Of a DNA stretch of 64,000 nt, positions 59,701-64,000 are shown piece after piece. Position 1 is the first letter of the stretch, and every line of letters begins with the position of its first letter. The stretch lies in assembly GCA_963664825.1 (NCBI GenBank), contig OY761614.1, forward strand, positions 800,001 through 864,000, read 5' to 3'. A program made the position numbers and the translations under genes. Origin of the DNA: an uncultured Holophaga sp. Lineage in GTDB: Bacteria; Acidobacteriota; Holophagae; Holophagales; Holophagaceae. Under the pieces are notes generated by a model, which saw only the letters and a list, made by a program, of their open reading frames with translations, was not told where the DNA came from and made no database searches.

Positions 59701-61241
59701 GCGTTGCTCACGATGCATGAGAGAAGCGCGTAGCCGCTGGTTCCGGCCGTGAAATTCACCGTGCTCGCATCGCTTCCAGAAAGCAGACTGCCTCCGCTGA
59801 TGGACCAGGCGTATTTGCATCCGTCCTGGGCGCTCACCGAGGCACTGCCGGTGGCGCCCACCGTCAGATACGTCGGGGCATTCACCATCGGCTGCCCAGC
59901 CAAGGCCACCACCGGAATGACGAGGGTTCCCGCCGGAGAAGATACACCAGCCTTATTGGTGAGGACACAGGAGAGCTGAACCACGCCCGACGCCCCGGCG
60001 CTGAAGATCACCGCATTATTGGCATCCCCGGCGGTGATAACGCCTCCACTGATGGTCCAGGCATAGCGGCACCCGTCCTGGGCCGGCACGCTGGCGGTGC
60101 AGCCCATCTGATTGGAGGCCACCATGGAAGGCGCCGAAAGCGTCGGCACCGTGGGAGCCGCCACCACCGTGGTGATGGCGCTTCCCGCAGGAGAGGCCAC
60201 CCCCAGCGCGTTGGTGACGATACATGAGAGAAGGGCGTAGCCGCTGGTTCCGGCCGTGAAATTCACCGTGCTCGCATCGCTTCCAGAAAGAAGACTGCCT
60301 CCGCTGATGGACCAGGCGTATCTGCATCCGTCCTGGGCGCTCACCGAAGCGCTGCCGGTGGCGCCCACCGTCAGGTACGTCGGGGCAGTCACCGTCGGCT
60401 GCCCAGCCAAGGCCACCACCGGAATGACGAGGGTTCCCGCCGAAGCGGAAATTCCGGCCTTATTGGTGAGGACGCAGGAGAGCTGCACCGTGCCCGTCGC
60501 CCCGGCGATGAAGACCACCGTATTCGTGGCATCTCCCGAGGTGATGATGCCCCCGCTGATGGTCCAGGCATAGCTGCACCCATCCTGGACCGGCACGCTG
60601 GCAGTGCAACCCATCTGATTGGAGGCCACCATGGGAGGCGCCGAAAGCGTCGGCACCGTGGGAGCCGCCACCACCGTGGTGATGGCGCTTCCCACAGGAG
60701 AGGCCACCCCCATCGCGTTGGTGACGATGCATGAGAGGAGCGCGTAGCCGCTGGTCCCGGCCGTGAAATTCACCGTGCTCGCATCGCTTCCAGAAAGCAG
60801 ACTCCCCCCGCTGATGGACCAGGCGTACGTGCACCCGTCCTGGGCGCTCACCGAAGCGCTGCCGGTGGCGCCCACCGTCAGGTAGGCCGGGGCGGTCACC
60901 TTGGGCTGCCCGGCCTGGGGAACCGCCTGGATGGTGAGTAACTGGGTGGCCGTCATCCCATTGTGCCCCGTCACCGTCAGGGAGTAGGTGGTATCAGCCA
61001 GGACGGCCCCTGTAGCCCTCGGAGCGCCACTGAGAACAGTGCCCACACGCTGGTCCACGACCCCTGAACCATTCGAAAAAATGGCCGTCAGCGTGGTCTC
61101 CTCACCGGAAGTGACCGTATTTTTTGCAGCCGTGAAGCTGGTAATGGTCGGAGGCGGGAAATAATCCTTCCCGCCGCCACATCCACTCAGCAGAACGCAC
61201 AGCCCCAACAGGGCCGCGCGACTCATGGTCCGGAAAATCAT
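56715..61241 (-). CDS. Large lipoprotein with tandem Ig-like domains, FG-GAP/VCBS repeats and a Ser/Thr-rich beta C-terminal domain
   Basis: AAAGGAG RBS; lipobox LLSGC; repeated YAWSISGG...C domains; GDLNKDG, DIDHDG, DIDADG, DLDGDG, DLNDDG repeats. Confidence 0.85.
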   Translation of the reverse strand: MIFRTMSRAALLGLCVLLSGCGGGKDYFPPPTITSFTAAKNTVTSGEETTLTAIFSNGSGVVDQRVGTVLSGAPRATGAVLADTTYSLTVTGHNGMTATQLLTIQAVPQAGQPKVTAPAYLTVGATGSASVSAQDGCTYAWSISGGSLLSGSDASTVNFTAGTSGYALLSCIVTNAMGVASPVGSAITTVVAAPTVPTLSAPPMVASNQMGCTASVPVQDGCSYAWTISGGIITSGDATNTVVFIAGATGTVQLSCVLTNKAGISASAGTLVIPVVALAGQPTVTAPTYLTVGATGSASVSAQDGCRYAWSISGGSLLSGSDASTVNFTAGTSGYALLSCIVTNALGVASPAGSAITTVVAAPTVPTLSAPSMVASNQMGCTASVPAQDGCRYAWTISGGVITAGDANNAVIFSAGASGVVQLSCVLTNKAGVSSPAGTLVIPVVALAGQPMVNAPTYLTVGATGSASVSAQDGCKYAWSISGGSLLSGSDASTVNFTAGTSGYALLSCIVSNAMGVASPAGSAITTILPLPVAPMVTAPSLISPNQAGYTASVPAQAGYSYAWTISGGAITAGDGTNAVTFTAGASGALQLSCVLTNLAGTASLPGITACSILNGPTTPDITLLSTALAAGGVGSAMVTSQSNCTYVWTLKGGTFTTSTTGNSVSFSVSAKSPLVLTCMAVNSLGVQSAVASKSVDVTFTDADVLASLNINTDLGPRKNAQGQDMTSTDQPLGNGTVNIRKIDEPLVVDTANNAYLLSSDLAHAFTQLPVSSLSTSAPTPDQIVIPVPANLYADGKQEVVLFSFPGPSRGSSNDHFTVSLLTGGSGSTLTMKGTVPWTPTSLNTTDGDPRQWYQKFSAVAGDLNKDGKQEIVLMAEDKVYIFDSALNLISGPTSLAPVESFPFVRVACADIDHDGRDEILLFNGGYTSATVGQLSIWQLNSDNSISKKVDGFNVTQIDTSHPTPGISLRGGAIAASDIDADGKVEIVLSGLVSGTSKNRTLMAQVGISGGVWTPSFLPVGVDGDLCSSRWLYRNYSSTEETNRKEHDAAVPVLALADLDGDGMEEIISADDVLTYTAATSLAGASLDYAYDSTSKQLLWGDVVNEVNINRRDPSSMYGQAAVSRLTSDPKGLPEILILNFRNQKLRRYYYDSETKRMLQGTEIQYSTTGQFAPFLCLADLNDDGTVVEYLGHALTFTKPMIKAVLASPPYWTGLTHDQNTGNSFTQFGNSSGISGGFSASMGFSVATMGGVKITLPVVSNGEVEIKVTQKYAWDFAFETTYGYTRDISYATYAGSDAVLFAAVPVDVYGYRVTRSGSNSKVKVGDTLFIQREREALLQFTDVDFYNAHCGKGPEIDRTILQHTLGRPFTYPTRAQAASLVVLDLNQGFLLANSQSGIVPEGNLYNTITYSTSLETGISASWTSETSIEAEVSLVVLAGGSQSFSVGATLSSQVSLGSSIVGCVGGLDAADYSGGTIFKWGIFSYNKTIPATADYNKQDFKVLNYWVQ
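59400..60910 (-). repeat. About three 507-bp intragenic tandem repeats (169 aa, two Ig-like domains per unit)
   Basis: Marker GAAATTCACCGTGCTCGCATCGCTTCCAGA at 59751, 60258, 60765; ends approximate. Confidence 0.9.
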
Positions 61242-61347
61242 ATTGACTCCTTTGATACGGGATATCCCGATCGATCGGCGGCAGGGCGCCACGGCACTTA
61301 TCCATGGCGGCAGGCCGTGTGTGGCCCAATATCCAAGGAAGGCCCCG

Positions 61348-64000
61348 TTACGGCATCGTGCGTACCAGTCTTACTAAGTGGCGGTTGCTGCGGAGGACCC
61401 CCTGATGGGTGCCACCATAAGCAAAATAGACCATCATGCAACGTGAAGGATAAGAAGGAAAACTGGACGAAGTCCACGTGTAGTTTTCAGTGTCGGCAAA
61501 GTATGCATAGAAACCATAGGCATCGACTAATGCAGACAATTCGTCCTCGGTCGGAAGCCGCCAGTCAGTGGCTCCGCACAGGCCTGCCGCATTCACGGCA
61601 TTCTTGAAGCCCACCGAGTTGGTGCTGGCATCGATCTGGGCCTGGGTCGGCGCATTTGTACCATCGAGCTGCGGTTCACTCGTGCTGTCGTAATTGGTAT
61701 AGATATTCATGTAATAACGCAGGTTTGAGCTGTCAGTCGTGTTTTTGACTTCCCAGGCCAGATTGTTGACATTGTCGGCCACACCACTCCAGCTTGTGGC
61801 GCTGGCATCCAGTGCCGCGCCAGTGGCATCCAGCTTGACGAACTGGGCAAACGTAATGGTGACCGTTGCAATATTGGTGCTGGTGAGTTTGCCATCGCTG
61901 ACCACCAACTGGGCCACATAACTGCCTACCTTGTCGGCCGTGAAGGTGGGTTTCTGCGCCGTGACGTTCAAAAAAACAGCGGCACTCCCGCTTGGTTTGC
62001 TGGTCAGCACCCACAGGTAGGTGAGCGTATCGCCATCGGCATCCGTGCTGCCAGAGCCATCAAGGGTGATCGTGCTGCCGCTGTGGGCGACCTGGTTGCT
62101 CCCGGCATTCGCCACAGGCGCCGTATTAGTAATGGCCGCCGTGGCCGTGATGACCACCGTGGCCACGGCGCTATTGACCTTGCCATCGTTGACGATGAGT
62201 TGGGCGACGTAGGTGCCGTCTTTGTCGGTGGTGAAACCAGGTTTCTGCGCCGTGGAGCTGGAGAGCGTGGCCGTGCTGCCGTTGGGAATGCTGCGGAAAC
62301 TCCACAGGTAGGTGAGCGTATCGTTATTGGCATCGCTGCTGCCTGAGCCATCGAGCGTCACGGCGCTGCCTGTCGCCACGCTCTGGTCGCTGCCCGCCTT
62401 AGCCACGGGGGCGGCGTTGCTGGTGGCGGCGGTGATGACGACGGTCGCCACAGCGCTATTCACCTTGCCATCGTTGACGATGAGCTGGGCGACGTAGGCG
62501 CCATCCTTATCGGCGGTGAAGGTGGGCTTCTGCACCGTGGAACCGGAGAGCGTGGCGTTGCTGCTGCTGGGGATGCTGATGAGGGTCCAGGCATAGCTCA
62601 GCGTGTCGCCGTTGGCATCGCTGCTGGCGCTGCCATCCAGGGCGACGGCCGCGCCCGTGGCGACGCTTTGCGCATTCCCTGCGCTGGCGACGGGCATGGA
62701 ATTGGCGGTGGCCGCCGTGATGGTCACGGTATCCGGGGCGCTATTGAGCCTGCCATCCGAGACGATGAGCTGGATGACGTAGGTGCCATCCTTGTCGGTG
62801 GTGAAGGTCGGTTTGGCGGTGCTGGCGCTGGAGAGCGCGGCGCTGCTGCCGGTGGGCAGACTGGTCAGCGACCAGAGATAGCCCAGGCTATCGCCATTGG
62901 CATCGCTGCTATCCCGCCCATCCAGGATGACGGCGCTGCCGGTGACGACGTTCTGCGGGCTGCCCGCTTTGGCCACCGGAGCGACGTTGAGGACGGCGGC
63001 TGTGAGGGTGACGGTGGCCGCTGTGCTATTGACTTGGCCATCATTGACGGTGAGGGTGGCCACGTAGCTGCCGCTGATATCGGCCGTAAAGCTGGGTTTG
63101 ACGGCCGTGGCGCTGGAGAGGGTCGCACTGCTGCCGCTGGGGGCGTTCAGGGTCCAGGCGTAGGTGAGCGCGTCCCCATTGGCGTCCGTGCTGGCGCTGC
63201 CATCCAAGGTGACGGAGCTGCCGGTGACGACATTCTGATTGCTCCCCGCGCTGGCTGTGGGGGCCACGTTGGCCATGGCGGCGCTGATGGTGACGCTGAT
63301 GCTATTGCTGTTCACCTTCCCATCATTGACGACGAGGCTGGCGACATAGCTGCCGCTGACATCGGCCGTGAAGCTGGGTTTGACGGCCGTGGCGCTGGAC
63401 AGCGCCGCGCTGCTGCCGCTGGGCCTGCTGGTGAGCGTCCAGGCATAGGTCAGCCTGTCGCCATTGGCATCCGTACTGGCGCTGCCATCGAGCGTGACCG
63501 TGGCGCCGACCGGGACGCTCTGCCCCGCGCCCGCGCTGGCCACGGGCGCCACATTGGCTGGGGTGGCGAGGACGACGACGGTGGCCGGAGCGCTGTTGAG
63601 GGCGCCATCATTGACGTACAGAACGGCGGTATAGACGCCGCTAACATCGGCCGTGAAGCTGGGTTTGACGGCGGCGGCGTTCGATAGCGTGGCGCTGCTA
63701 CCGCTGGGCACGATCAAAGTCCAGGCGTAGGTGAGTGTGTCGCCGTTGGCATCGCTGCTGGCGCTGCCATCCAGGGCGACGGCCGCGCCGGTGGCGACGC
63801 TTTGCGCATTCCCTGCGCTGGCGACGGGAATGGAATTGGCGGTGGCCGCCGTGATGGTCACGGTATCCGGGGCGCTATTGAGCCTGCCATCCGAGACGAT
63901 GAGCTGGATGACGTAGGTGCCATCCTTGTCGGCGGTGAAGGTCGGTTTGGCGGTGCTGGCGCTGGAGAGCGCGGCGCTGCTGCCGGTGGGCAGACTGGTC
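61348..64000 (-). CDS. Large PKD/K319L-repeat protein with C-terminal DUF1566 (Lcl-type) domain; 5' end outside window
   Basis: At least 7 N-x2-P-x-A-x-AG...LDG-x2-S-x-DA-x2-D-x-L-x-Y-x-W repeats; CGATDWRLPTEDEL...WTSS...VRLVR; frame open to the window edge. Confidence 0.88.
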   Translation of the reverse strand, partial: TSLPTGSSAALSSASTAKPTFTADKDGTYVIQLIVSDGRLNSAPDTVTITAATANSIPVASAGNAQSVATGAAVALDGSASSDANGDTLTYAWTLIVPSGSSATLSNAAAVKPSFTADVSGVYTAVLYVNDGALNSAPATVVVLATPANVAPVASAGAGQSVPVGATVTLDGSASTDANGDRLTYAWTLTSRPSGSSAALSSATAVKPSFTADVSGSYVASLVVNDGKVNSNSISVTISAAMANVAPTASAGSNQNVVTGSSVTLDGSASTDANGDALTYAWTLNAPSGSSATLSSATAVKPSFTADISGSYVATLTVNDGQVNSTAATVTLTAAVLNVAPVAKAGSPQNVVTGSAVILDGRDSSDANGDSLGYLWSLTSLPTGSSAALSSASTAKPTFTTDKDGTYVIQLIVSDGRLNSAPDTVTITAATANSMPVASAGNAQSVATGAAVALDGSASSDANGDTLSYAWTLISIPSSSNATLSGSTVQKPTFTADKDGAYVAQLIVNDGKVNSAVATVVITAATSNAAPVAKAGSDQSVATGSAVTLDGSGSSDANNDTLTYLWSFRSIPNGSTATLSSSTAQKPGFTTDKDGTYVAQLIVNDGKVNSAVATVVITATAAITNTAPVANAGSNQVAHSGSTITLDGSGSTDADGDTLTYLWVLTSKPSGSAAVFLNVTAQKPTFTADKVGSYVAQLVVSDGKLTSTNIATVTITFAQFVKLDATGAALDASATSWSGVADNVNNLAWEVKNTTDSSNLRYYMNIYTNYDSTSEPQLDGTNAPTQAQIDASTNSVGFKNAVNAAGLCGATDWRLPTEDELSALVDAYGFYAYFADTENYTWTSSSFPSYPSRCMMVYFAYGGTHQGVLRSNRHLVRLVRTMP

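Noticed and set aside
61348..61560. Diversity-generating retroelement acting on DUF1566
   Set aside because: No template repeat or reverse transcriptase in the window

Overview
GC-rich bacterial chromosomal window. Gene content and codon style suggest Acidobacteriota, probably Holophagaceae (inference only). Housekeeping and envelope genes include an Nfu-type Fe-S carrier, suhB, a secreted beta-carbonic anhydrase, a MacAB-type exporter, a TonB receptor-ZIP-ferritin metal module with two Fur-like boxes, three tandem S46 dipeptidyl peptidases, mutL, aroA, a nucleoside transporter, a GGDEF cyclase, dinB plus a nuclease-DinG helicase, and two very large repeat-rich surface proteins. There are four tRNAs (Lys-UUU, Glu-UUC, Arg-CCG, Glu-CUC). 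Two accessory regions stand out. (1) An A/T-richer island between convergent tRNA-Glu and tRNA-Arg carries a translationally coupled operon of a HEPN-like protein, a ParA-like ATPase with a deviant KGGVGR Walker A, and a STAND-like P-loop NTPase; this is a candidate uncharacterised conflict/defence system. (2) A ~3.1 kb cassette upstream of mutL is bounded by ~121-bp palindromic direct repeats that each contain a promoter-like hexamer and an ATG. It holds a tyrosine recombinase plus IS91-like transposase element and a GxxExxY nuclease-like gene. The transposase is broken by a 36-bp insert shaped like a recombinase core site, and a 39-codon uORF resembling the MutL N-terminus ends 1 nt before mutL. 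In addition, an ISL3 with an 8-bp target duplication disrupts a secreted HExxH peptidase gene, and the helicase gene carries an in-frame 3x93-bp palindromic repeat.
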